Below are positions 25,449-37,478 of a stretch of 64,000 bases of DNA, one piece after another (the first letter of the stretch is position 1; each line of letters begins with the position of its first letter). Source of the DNA: Lama guanicoe (lineage: Eukaryota); contig MU054220.1 of the NCBI GenBank assembly GCA_013239625.1, forward strand, positions 8,777,367-8,841,366, read 5' to 3'. A program made the position numbers and the translations under genes. The notes below the pieces were generated by a model that made no database searches, had not been told where the DNA came from, and saw only the letters and a program-made list of their open reading frames with translations.

Positions 25449-26574
25449 TCCATTTATTTTAATGTGGATTTCAAATCGTAGAGTTTAGTTTTCAGTCCCT
25501 GTAAAGAAATACTGGCTGAAAAGTCAACACACAGTCAGACTATTAGGTAATCAAAACTTTTCATTTTCAATTGACTCCATTTCTCACTATAACCTGAAAT
25601 TTCAAAACGTAGTCAAGCAGTGATCTTTGCCACTCACATCTGAGATCCAAATGGCCCTGCAGATGTGAAACTGTCTGTTGCTATGGAATAACGGCTGGAA
25701 TCAGTTAATGAGTCAAGTCAGTATGAGCTCAAGTACTAGAGACGAGAAAGCTTCATCTCTTGTTGTAGGGAACTCTAGGAAAGGAAGCAGGGAGCCAGAC
25801 TGCTGCAGGAGTGGTCCCACGAGTAACACAGCTGTGAGCATAATTAGGCTTATCTCCTACAGACAAATGGAAGTGTTGTTTACCCTTGTTCATATGAAAC
25901 TTAGCCATCAGCAGACCAGTTTTTAATCCTGTCCCCCCTGTGACAGAGCACCAAACTGTTCACGTCGGGTATCCAGATAGATTAAAAAAATGTGGCCTTT
26001 GTCTAGAGAATGCAAGAAACACTTAAGGCAGTCCTGAGACTTGAGAGAAACAAAGGAATTTTCTTGGTGATCTTTTCTTTTCTTTTCTTATATGATCAGT
26101 AATTTGTCTGTATTTTGAGAGATGAAGAACGGGAGGCATTTCTCACCTTACACTAGTTTCCCATAAAAGGGAAGAATTAGGCTAAGTTGGCGAGCGTGAT
26201 GTCATGGTTTAGTAACATGACACAAATGAGATAAGACATTTAATCAAACTGGAGCACCAGTTTAATATTAGTTTATGGGTTTAAAATCTTGATCTTAAAC
26301 ACAGAAGTGTTGCTCTAACTATTATAAAATAGAGGAGTTAGAAAATAAAATTCATTCTTAGAATTGCTTCAAAATGTCATAAATTAAACATACTAGGATT
26401 CATTATTCAAGGGTGGAATTTATACTTCTCAGAATTGTTCATTTGGCCAGGTTCTCACTACTACCCGGGAGATAAGTAAAAAGTGATAATATAGTTGGTG
26501 ATAAAATGGGAAAATTAGGAACACAAAGCAGTGGCATGAGGAATTAAACATACACATACCAAGTAAAGGAGATA

Positions 26575-26695
26575 ATGGTGCATTTATTCATTTGACAATT
26601 ATTTACTGAACACCTCTTCTGTTCCAGGCACTCTTTTTGGTGCTGAGAGATGTAAAGATGGATAGCACCATCCAGGTGTCCCTGCCCTCTCTGCC
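26575..26695 (-). mobile_element. L2 3' end
   Basis: 'catttattcatttgacaattatttactgaacacctcttctgttccaggcac'. Confidence 0.75.
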
Positions 26696-26919
26696 CCCAA
26701 CCTTCTCTCTCTCTTCTCCCTCTCTCATCTACATATACCAATATACACACATAGGATTATGGACGCACAGGAAAAAACTGTATATAATAACACGGCTGTC
26801 ATCAGAGGAAATAAACATTCCTTGAGGAATACAAATATCTTTGCATTTTGAATACAGAGCCTGACACGGTAACATCGTTACCATCACTGCTGCTCCTCTC
26901 ACCACTGTTATTGCTACGG

Positions 26920-27160
26920 CTCCAGCTGTGAACAGGCTCTTTCCATCTGTGCCAGGCCTTGTGCCCAGCAACTAAAGTGCACTGAATCCAAACCATAGCA
27001 CGAAAATATTACTATTGACATCACTATTTTATAGATGGAAAATAAAGGCACCGAGAAATTAAGCCACTTATCAAAAGTGACATATCTAAGATGTGTAGCT
27101 ATAAAGAAAACACAAACAGTCCAATTCCAGAGTCTATGTTCTGACTCACTCTATTCTCTT
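26920..27160 (-). mobile_element. MIR SINE
   Basis: 'ctattttatagatggaaaataaaggcaccgagaaattaagccacttatcaaaagtgaca'. Confidence 0.75.
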
Positions 27161-27188
27161 GGGTCAACAGATTTGTGCTGATATTTCA

Positions 27189-27286
27189 AAGAAAGAAAGA
27201 AAGAAAGGAAGGAAGGAAGGAAGGAAGGAAGGAAGAAAGAAAGAAGGAAGGAAGAAAGAAAGAAAAGGGAGGAAGGAAGGAAGGAA
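27189..27286 (+). repeat. (GAAA)n(GGAA)n compound microsatellite
   Basis: Directly visible. Confidence 0.97.
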
Positions 27287-27525
27287 TGAACGTAGGGGAG
27301 AAAGGAAATGTCCCAACTAAACATCTAACTCTCTAAATGTGAATCGATTGCTCCTTTTCATATGTTAGAAAATATTATTATGTTTAGACCTAGAAGAAAA
27401 GGGAGGAAGGAAAGAAGGAATGAACGTAGGGGAGAAAGGAAATGTCCCAACTAAACATCTAACTCTCTAAATGTGAATCGATTGCTCCTTTTCATATGTT
27501 AGAAAATATTATTATGTTTAGACCT
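27258..27525 (+). repeat. 134-bp direct tandem duplication (27258-27391 and 27392-27525)
   Basis: 'tgaacgtaggggagaaagg...tgtttagacct' occurs at 27287 and 27421; the copies differ only in the purine-rich leader. Confidence 0.97.
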
Positions 27526-30500
27526 CTTAAAATCTCTAGATACAAATCTCAATTTGCAACCATCATTTGATCAGGCTGAAGATGCATAACTCTAGGGTAT
27601 TTAAGCCTGTGAAGACAGATTTTAATATTGGAATAAGACTAAGAACAAATGGAATTAACATTTGGTTCAAAGAAGCTGTCAAAGATACTTTTCCATAGAG
27701 ACTCTCCAAATATATGTAAGGGTGCTCTCACTGTCTCTCACTCCTCGTGGGTGGGAATTTTGTAAATCTAGGAATAGTTCTCTAGAGGACAGACTAATAG
27801 GGTTGCAGATTAACTGCACTGGGTAAATAACAATACAAAGTGGAATTCATTGACTTTACTGGAATTACAGCTCATTTTGCTCAACGAATTCGATAAACTT
27901 ATCACTTGGTGTTAATTCCCTCATCTTAAGTGAAGATAAGACCAAAGCTGATATTGAGTGGATGTGTGAACATCCACCTGGGCTCACTTTCAACCAGATT
28001 CACACCCACTGCAGAAAGGACAAAGGAACTATGCACTTGAACGGGTATGTTGACATGTCTGAACTGACAGAAGGCAGCAGTTAAAAAGCATATTTTACAA
28101 AAAGCAATAGAAAAATTTCCAACTGTCAAAATATTTCAAGAAACGATCACTAGCAAAATTTGGCTAAAGTTTGGTTCCATTTATTTGCTTCACCCAGCAT
28201 GTACTCGCTCTTCACATGAAGCATACTTTAAAAAAAAAAAAAAAGACGATTTAACCTTCTTTCACTACTATGGCCCCTTTGGCTTTCTGGGTATTTCAAG
28301 GCTTCTCTCCATGATGCTTTGAAACTCTACAGAGAATAAAAGTTGGAGATGGGACCTCCTGCTTATCAGGAGTTCTCTTATGAGGTGTACAACCATTCTA
28401 TCCATAATTTCAGCTACCGTTCATGAATTATGAGTAGATTGTGGTTACACGTCTCCTCTGATCTGTGTTCTCTTTTATCTGCATCAAAATTGTGTACGTC
28501 TTATCAGAAGCTTGGTTTGCCTTTGTTCTGTAAAGGACCACACATACTTTAGGAAATGTTGTGTCTTACACAATGATATTTAGTTATAGAGCATTATTTC
28601 TAAAATAAAATGCTTCATTGAGTGACTGGAATAAAGAAGATAACTGAAAATTATATTGCACATCCAAGGACTGACCAGACAATAATAGTGCAGTTTGTTT
28701 CAAAAGGACACTAGGAGAAAACAGAATAATTCTGAGTCTATCTGAATCTAGAATCTTTGCCTATATATTAAGTGACCTCCAATTTTTCCCATTTTGTTTT
28801 CAACTCGTGTATGTTATTTTAGTGAAAAGAAGTAAAATATCTTATATTTCCATAATGATTAGCACCTTCGTATCTTAACAAATATCAGTTCATCACTTAC
28901 AAGCATAAAATAAGCAACTTTTAACCTGGTAAAGTATTTTTATTTTAGTCAACTAGCAGGAAAGGCAACATGCCTTTATATGGGAGGAGGTTTGTATAGG
29001 AGGAAAAAAAAATACATAAACCATGCACATGAATCCAAATGCACTAAGACAGGTTGCCAGTACATAAATAACATTTTTTTTCTTAAGGACTGAAAAATAT
29101 TAAGAACAAGTATTTTAAAATTGGTATCTGAGTGCTGCTTTACTTGGCAAATGTACATACAGAGTTCAAAGCAGAAAGAATATGTGCTCTCCAAACTTAG
29201 CCAGTCGTGGAAATTAAGATGTAAGACATAATATTTCTATGTCTTAAAGAAGATATAAAAGGATGTTTCTTTAAATTAACATTTTTTTTATATGTACAAG
29301 ATCATCCCACATGCATTTGCTTATCTGATGCTAAGAACAGGAGTGTGAAGTAGCCCATCAAATCACTACTCCGTGTTACCAGTGAGAAACATGCAGCTAT
29401 GGAGGTTGTGACTTGCCAAACGTGATGTAAGTAGTGGTGACGTGAAAATTTGAATTTGGATTTTCTGATCCGTGTCCAGTGCCCTCCCAGGTTTGTTTCA
29501 ACTGCCAACTCTGATTGGCAGGAATGTTTGGGATGCTATGTACAAAGGAGTTTGAGACCCCACATGTACTGAGTGAGAAAGGGTGCTGTGATGAACACAG
29601 ATGTGAGTATGGACTCAGGGTTTCAATGGCAGCATAAGTGTCATGACTTTTCTATGGCTTTTCTACACATCTCATTTCTTCACTTCAGCTTGCAAACCAC
29701 TGCAGGGAAATCTCTCTGTAACACTGCTGCCTGTCAACACATATGCATTTCTCACACTCTTTTCTTTCATTTGCATTAGTACTAATGAGACTGAGCATCT
29801 TGATTTGCCATCAGTACAACACAGTTCTGTTTGGGTTTTGGATTTTATATATTTTCTTCTCACCAACGTTGCCTCCTTGTCCTTTCTGGTTATAACACAT
29901 TTGTCCGTTTCTCAAAACCCAGATTGAAGCCTACCTCCCCGTCAAGCACTTTCCTTTTTTTCCTCCAAAACGTGTAGTTCTCTCTCCCCCTCCCTCTCTT
30001 TGTCTCTTCCTCTCTCTGATAATCTTAGCGTTATCATCCTTTATTACTGACTGTTCGGTGTACACGTAACTCCTGACTTTCCAGTTAGGTTCAAACATGT
30101 TAAAGTCAATTTTGTATTTCTATATTGTCTGCAACTGCCAGAACAGTGGTGAGATAATCAGTCACTGCTATAAGTAATCAACTAGTCAAAATTATTCAAG
30201 AGATACTGATTTCTTTTTAAACATCAAATAAAAAACCAGACAGTTGACTTTGGAAATATGGGAGAATTATAAAATCATGGAAATTTATCCTATGTCACTA
30301 CAGATATTCTTAGAAATATTTAAAGACCACATTTGCTCATGAATAAAAATTTAAAATTCAGAGTCAAGAAGAAATTATTGTGAAAATTAAAATGATATAT
30401 AGGGTGCCAACCATATGTGAAGATGGACAAAACCCATATGGTGAGAATTACAAATGGCCAAACTCTACAGAAGCTTGGAGATTGGTGGTAGTAAAACAGA

Positions 30501-31039
30501 AGTAGCAATAAAAGGTTTCTGGGGAAAATATATTTATTCACTTTATCCAGAAGACTAGCTCTGGTTATTTTCATGTCGCAGAATACAGATGAAATAGAAA
30601 GGTCTGTTTAGATCAGGAGTTCTATGAATTAGCTGTTCTCCCTAAGTATGAATAAAGCATATGAAGAATCAGCTAATTGTCATGCTCATTCATTTAAATT
30701 ATCAAAAAAGATGACCATCAGTGATTCAGTAATTATTTGTTGACTTAATGAATGAACATATACATGAATGAATAAAATGAATATGCATGCTGCTTAGTGA
30801 AATGTTTTTGATAATCTTATTTTGTAAATTATAAATGTTATTACACTTGTTTCCCCCAGAGAAAACAAAGTTTATATACTTATTTAACAAACATGACAAA
30901 TTTCTTTGAGTCTGAAATGTACATTTTGTCATATTAAATTCAGGATGTGATTGTAATCAATGACATGTTATAGTTAATTTACAGTCTTTTTTAAAATTTC
31001 TTAATTGCATGTTAAAGGGTTGTTTTTCTTACAAATAAT

Positions 31040-31395
31040 AATCACTTCAATACATAGTGGTTATCTTACCATAAGCTAGGCACAGAGTATTTTATATAAT
31101 ATATTAATTATATATAATATTATACATGTGTTATATTTTAATATACTATGTAACACTGCTTATATTATATTATATTATATTATATTATATTATATTATAT
31201 TATGTTATTATTATAGTAATCCTTATAAGTTTCATGTGGCAGAAACTATTAGTGTTCCCACTGTGCAGATTAGGAGTTGAAGCACAGAAAGATTAGGTAA
31301 CTTGTCCATATTTACATAGCTAGTAAGATGATTTGGCCAGAATTCAAATCCGGACATCCTGGCTCCCGGGTTTACATACGTAATCATTAGGTATT
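31040..31395 (-). mobile_element. MIR interrupted by an AT-rich/(ATATT)n microsatellite (~31090-31210)
   Basis: 'ttcccactgtgcagattaggagttgaagcacagaaagattaggtaacttgtcca...gaattcaaatccggacatcctggctcc'. Confidence 0.8.
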
Positions 31396-32439
31396 GCTGA
31401 GTTTCTACTACATTTCCACTGAATGTCTCAATCTTTTGCCAAGGGTGTCTCTTTGACTTACTTTCCTCTAATGAGGCATTTAAACTTTTTTTTTTTTTCA
31501 TTCTAGATTTCTTTCCAACATATTTTTCAGATTTGGTTAAGTCCAGAGAACAATATACATATATTAACTATTGCAAATCAAATCTAAAATTTCCAGTGGT
31601 GCAATTTTAAAGATATCCAAGGTAGCTAATGAAAAACGAGTAATCCTCAGATACTAAAAATAAATTTTCATCCTAAAACATCCTGGAAAATAACTCTAAG
31701 AAACCTTTGAACAATGGAAATTGCTTTTTAAAAACTATCTCAATGTAAGAAGCATTTGTTTTCATAACAACAGAAATTACACCTGAATCTGAAGAAACTA
31801 GAAAAAGTATTATAAAGTGTAGCAGAAAATGCATATTTCAAAGTGATTACAGCAGTCACGGATTCACTCACACATTTAAATATAAAACCATACAACACAG
31901 AGCAAAAAGGGACCTGGGAGGCTTTGAATCATTCATTTTGCTCTTAAGGAAACTGAAGCTCTAAAGAGGAGATTCAGCAAATATCACATGCCTTTTTCTT
32001 TATAAGTTATCAAGTCATGAACTATGTAGGGGAGCTCCAAGTTAAAATCCACGTAATATCAGAATTTTAATATTAGGGATCCACATGTGAGGAAATGCAA
32101 ACCCCAAGCTCTAAGCCTTGGGATTTGAGATCTAGAAAGTAAAACAGGGCCCTAGGCCATTCATCAGCTTGGTTAAATCAGCATTGCATTGAAAACACTG
32201 AAGGCAGTTTATTTCTCTAATGTTTGCCCAGAAGCTATATCACTGAGAAATTTCAAGGTGTCAGGTTCATAGCAGTTCCTGGAGAAGAGGGCTGAGAAAA
32301 CCTTACTCAGCCAGACAGAACTATGAGACATAAAGAAAAGAAACCAAACAACCTCACAGACTAAACATTAATAAAAATAACATTTTAGTAGGATATCATA
32401 AAGTTAAAAAAGAAACAGGGAGAAAATATTTGTAACAGG

Positions 32440-33250
32440 TGGTATTCGTCTGGGCAGACTCTTTCCCATTACAATCTCAATAACTCGGTGTTTAACCCAA
32501 TGACATTTCCCTTCTTGCTCGTGTAAGCACCCAACCACGTCCAATTAGGAGAGCACCACTCTATGCAGCCATTCAGAAAGGACGTTCTTTCCAACAAGTG
32601 CCTTGGGCATCTTTCAGTGCCCTTGAGTCCTATGCTAGATTCTCTGCCTGTATTTGCTACTGCTTCTCAAGCATATCATCTGTCCCTCTATTTCTTTATT
32701 TTTTAAATTGAATCTTATATTCTGGGGACTTATTCTCATGCTACTAATTTCAGGTAGGATTTTGATCACAGTAGCTGGGATTTTATCTGAGCCCTGAGTG
32801 GTAATGATCCCCTTGGAAGTCCCTGGCCTTTGGCCAAAATGATTAGTGTAGACAGGTCAGATTTATCCCCAGGAATTTGTTGTGTTTTGTTTTTCCCCCA
32901 GAGTTACTGGGAAAGACTGTCACTTCTTCTCCTCTACCTAGCCCAGGGCCCCAAAGCAGAGCTGAAAAAATTTCAAGTCAAAAATTCTTGACATCCATAT
33001 GACTTAACTGCATGATCAAGTTGCCTTCAGCAGGAGATGGAGAATCCAAGCGCAAAAACAAGAGAGGCTATCAGATACAAAAGATGGAGAAAAGAAAGGA
33101 TTCCTGACAGCTCAGAAAGATTTCTGACAACACAGCCTGAGCTGCTGAATTCAGTCTGCTTCTCCTCTGGCTTTTTATCCAGATAAGCCCATTGATTCAA
33201 TTCTTTTCTTCCCCCCTTAAGTTATTTTAAATTAGGCCTCAACAGCAACT
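32440..33250. mobile_element. Two old MaLR (MLT1J/K-like) LTR fragments in opposite orientation
   Basis: Minus-type start 'gtattcgtctgggcagact...' at ~32442 and plus-type end 'cccccttaagttattttaaattagg...cagcaact' at ~33250. Confidence 0.5.
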
Positions 33251-33764
33251 ACATAGACCTTCCTAAACTGTCTGCTTCTGTATTATGGTAGTTCTTCCGT
33301 GACCTCCCTTAACTTGGTAGACTTCTACTAATAACCTAATTCTGGTAGATGAACCCAAATCCTAACACAGCTAGAACAGTCAGAATATACATCTGATAAT
33401 TCAAAGTCATCTATTCAAATTTTTTACCAGCTTTAAAGAGTCTTGTAGGAATCTTTTATGTTAAAAAACACTTCTTTAAAAGACCAATTATTTAATGCCC
33501 TCATTAGCCACAAGTTTCCATCTACTCTGAAATATGTCAGAATCAATTGTTACGCAAATGCTTTCTGTCTTAATTACTTAATGTGACTTGTGTGCATACG
33601 AAAAGTTTGAAAAGTAGAAACATTATGCTGTCTGTTTCTGAGTTAGACAGAGAGAGAGGTATTGAGAAGAGAGACTGAGTAAAACTAGTGGAAGGTCTAG
33701 ATTTCGAAGACAGTATCATTTCCTTCCATTCACACACAACATGAATTCTAGTACACTGGAAGCA

Positions 33765-34170
33765 GGTAACTTACCTGGTTTCATATGCTGACAGCTGAAG
33801 CAGACCTTTGCCTCAGGCAGGATGAATCACACCTCAGGTCTCACCAATACCTGATTTCTAGATGATAGTTAAATGTTTTAGACTTAGAGTTGATGCTGGA
33901 ATGGGTTAAAAATGTTAGGCCTGTTGGGATGGGGTAAATTTGTTTCATATATAAGAAAGACATAATTTGGCGGAGACCAGAAGGAAAGTTAAATTGTATC
34001 CTCCTCAAAATTCACATTGAAATTACAATTCCCAGGAATTTAGAATGCAACCAGTTTTGGACATGGGCCTTTCCTGAGATAATTAAATTAAAATAAGGTT
34101 ACTAAGGTGAGCCCTACTACTTATAAGAGGAAATTTGGACACAGACATGGGTGAGGGAAGACATTATAGA
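33765..34170 (+). mobile_element. MaLR internal 3' end joined to the 5' part of an MLT1 LTR
   Basis: Internal-type 'gacttagagttgatgctggaatgggttaa...gggatggggtaaat', a purine-rich PPT-like 'ggagaccagaaggaaag', then LTR-type 'aattgtatcctcctcaaaattcacattgaa...ataagaggaaatttggacacagaca'. Confidence 0.8.
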
Positions 34171-34414
34171 GTGCCATCAGTATTTGCAAGGAACGATGCA
34201 ATCAGACCTGGCCCCTTCCTTTATAGAACATATGGTCTAGGTTGAAAGAAAAAAAATGGTCTTATTGAGCGGAAAGACAGGGAAGAAAGCAAGGTGGCAG
34301 GAAGGGATATAGATGAGATGCCCAATCAGCTCTAGAAAAACAGGCATGACTGCTACCACTCAAAGGAGGGGTGTGATTTGAGTCACCTGGAAAACAGAAA
34401 ATTATGCTGAAGTT

Positions 34415-34853
34415 CTTACAGCAGATTGCAAAAACTTTCACCATATTCCTCTGATGAAAAATGGAATTTATCCATCCCTTGAATTGTGGCTGGCTTTCTA
34501 GCTCGTTCTGACAAATCAATGTGGAGAAGGAAGTTCTCAGCCAAGCCCCATAAGGCCTTGCAGCTTCACTTGGAACATGCCACGTGACCAGACCTGGAAG
34601 GGGGTAACCAACTGAAGGACCAGAGACCCCACAGAAAAGAGCGGAGGTGTCCCAGCCAAACCCCAGAAACTCTATCCCCTCCCAGACTGAGAACTGAATC
34701 CCAGACTCACGAGTGAGCTCAACCCAGAGAGCTGCTAGGAGGATGAGTCCAGCCCAAACTGCTGGTCCACCAAATCATGAGCTAAGTAAGTAATTGTTTC
34801 TTTAAGCCTCAAATTTTGAGGTGGTCTATTATGCTGCAAAATTAACTGATAAC
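34415..34853 (+). mobile_element. MLT1 (F/G-like) LTR inserted in L2
   Basis: 3' end 'tttaagcctcaaattttgaggtggtctattatgctgcaaaattaactgataaca'. Confidence 0.85.
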
Positions 34854-34897
34854 AGTTCCCCAGGATGAAAGAAAAATCTTAATTGAAGATAGCAGGA

Positions 34898-35607
34898 TTT
34901 TTAATATTTTTAACAAATATACTTGACGTACAGCATTGTGTAAATTTAAGGTGTATGTGTTGATTTGACACATTTATATATTTTAATATGATGGCTGCTG
35001 TTATGAGAGTTAGTATTCTAACTAACATAATCATCTTTTCTTTTTGTGGTGGAAATAATTGAGATTTAGTCTTTTAGCAAGTTTGATGATTCTATACAAT
35101 ATTCTTTTCTGCATTCCCTATACTGTGCATTAGATCTCCAGGACTTATTTACCAACTAGTTACAAGTTTGTACCTTTAAACAACATCTCTCCTATTGCCC
35201 ACCCTTCAGTCCTTGGAACCACCATTTGCTTTTTTCAGATTCCACATATAAGTGATATCATACATTTTTTTGTCTTTCTCTAACTTATCTCACTTAGTAT
35301 AATGTCCTCAAGATCCATCCATGTTGTCACAAAGCACAGGATTTCCTTATAACTCTTGGCACCATAACATATAAATTCATTCAGCCACTATGGAAAGCAA
35401 TACAGAGGGTTCACAAAAAAATTAAAAATAGAACTACCATATGATCCAGCAATTCCACTGCTACATGTGTGCCCAAAGGAAATGAAAACAGGATATCAGA
35501 TACACACTCCCATGGCTTTTGCAGCATTGATCACAAGAGCCAAGATATGGAAACAACCTAAGGGCCTGTCAATCAATGACTGGATAAAGAAGATGTTCCT
35601 ACACACA

Positions 35608-35640
<33 letters not shown>

Positions 35641-35677
35641 TGGAATATTATTCACCTATGAGAAAGAAGAACTTCTG
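34898..35677 (-). mobile_element. L1MA-like element with 5' inversion: minus-strand 3' end (34898-35348) plus plus-strand ORF2 C-terminal piece (~35372-35677)
   Basis: The plus part contains 'aaaatagaactaccatatgatccagcaattccac' and ORF AALITRAKIWKQPK. The minus part has 'agattccacatataagtgatatcatac'. Confidence 0.9.
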
Positions 35678-35689
35678 ATTACAGAGGAT

Positions 35690-36140
35690 AAGGAAGATAA
35701 TGATGGAAGATGAAGGTGGAGGGGTCCAGATGATGCAGGGCTTAAAAAGACATGTGAACATTAGCATGTTATCCTGAGTACAATGTGAAACCATTGAGAA
35801 GATTAAAAAAAAATTCTGATTTGGTGCTGATACAGACTAGAGGAACATAAAAGCAGGTATAAAGTGATGGTTAGAAGGCATCTGTGGTAGTCTGAACAAG
35901 ACTGCACTGACAATGGAGGTGTCAGGCAAAGGAACCAACTATGACGTCCAGGTGTTGATACCCATTACTGTGACAATGATCACAGGATGGTAAAGAAGCT
36001 TGCATATATATGGAGGAGAGGGGTTCTGTTTTCAGGATATTGAACTTAATGGGCCTCCAAAACAGCCTAGTGCCATCAGGTAACTGGACATACGTCAAAC
36101 TCAGGAGAGAGTGATCAGGGCTAGAGAAAGATGCTCACCA
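35690..36140 (-). mobile_element. L2 fragment, continuing the L2 at ~34175-34410
   Basis: 'ccagatgatgcagggcttaaaaagacatgtg...ttatcctgagtacaatgtgaaaccattgagaag'. Confidence 0.65.
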
Positions 36141-36224
36141 ATTAGAATATAATTATGGTGGTGGAAATTAATAATAATATAATATCATTAACAAGCATAT
36201 ATATACACACACACACACATATAT

Positions 36225-36650
36225 AAATGGGTTTCTCAACTTTCTAAAATTTATTTTTAAACTGCATAGATTTTTGCCAGTTTCGTACTGCCTAAAGACT
36301 CTTATCATATGAATGCTTTAAATACAATAAATATAATACATTGGATTATAAAGCAAGCCAACTGCATTGATATATGTACTATCAATATGACTAATGTATG
36401 TACTTCTTTATTAAAACATTAAATATCAAGATTTATTTGAAATCTAATAACAAGATTTCAAATTGGATAAACAAATAATATTCCTGCAACAACTATAAGG
36501 TGCTATGAAATGATCAGTTTTCTCTGCTTTCTGCTCAAGACAAAGTTTGGGATATTGCTCATGATAATGTATTCTGTAGTCTACATTTAGAACTAAAGGA
36601 AAAGATGCATTTCAGTTGAAGGCTAGTAAAAATAAAAATGTCATCCCCCC
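36225..36650. mobile_element. hAT-Charlie-like DNA transposon remnant
   Basis: 'gggtttctcaactt' TIR-like start; 'aatacattggattataaagcaagccaactgcattga' and 'aaaggaaaagatgcatttcagttg'. Confidence 0.55.
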
Positions 36651-36999
36651 GCCCCCCCACCACATCCATCCAAGGTGACGGTAAAGAAGGAGGTCTACAG
36701 CAGACTGCTGAGATGATCTGTACCTAGTCTAATGATTAAGGGCTAGGGGCAGGTGAGAGAATCAGCAGAGGACGCACGCCTAATCACTAGTGGGTTCACA
36801 GTAGGAGCCAAGGAAGTTGTGTTATGGAAGACAAGGGGAGAGAGACTTTTTAATGGAAAGAAAAGTCCAAATGTATCATTGGCTTGCAGCTCTGGAATCT
36901 GACAATCCTTGGTTTGAATTCTGGCTCTGCACTGCACTAGGTGTATGAACTTGGGACAATTTATTTAAATCCTTTGAGCCTCAGTTTCTTCTTAGGAGG

Positions 37000-37478
37000 A
37001 GGTGAATCAATTTTATTGACATTTTCAATTTTTCACTCTCCCTCTAAGCATGATCTTTGACATCTGATTTCGTAGTTCTCACCACAAAAGAGGTAAGGCC
37101 TATCCTCCCCAAACCGTGAATCTGAGCTTGGCCGTGTTGTTTTGGCTAAAAAAAGAAGACATTATGCCTGAAGAGGCGTAACATGGATCATTTACTCTCT
37201 TGCACCACTGTCATCATCATGAAAATATGCCTGGATTAATGTGCTGGAGGATGAAAGATTTATGGGCAGAACCATGTTCTTTTGGTTGCCCCAGCCAGCG
37301 TGAGTCTAGATGTTCCAATAGCCAGTGGACCTCTTAGACATGAAGAAGTCCAGACACGATCAGTCCAACTGTGCTTCAGTTTACCCCAGGTGCTTGAGCA
37401 ATGAATGCTTACTGGTGAGCAATGAATGAAGTTTTGTATTGTTTTATAGAATTATCATAGTGATAGATAACTGATACA
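37000..37478 (+). mobile_element. MLT1 (G/H-like) LTR inserted into a MIR (MIR halves ~36870-36995 and ~37500-37580)
   Basis: LTR ends 'gtgatagataactgataca'; the MIR core 'gagcctcagtttcttc' stops at the LTR start. Confidence 0.8.

Noticed and set aside
29222..29246. 9-bp inverted repeat taagacata/tatgtctta
   Set aside because: Short and AT-rich; expected by chance in 64 kb. The same applies to the repeat at ~55968-56001.
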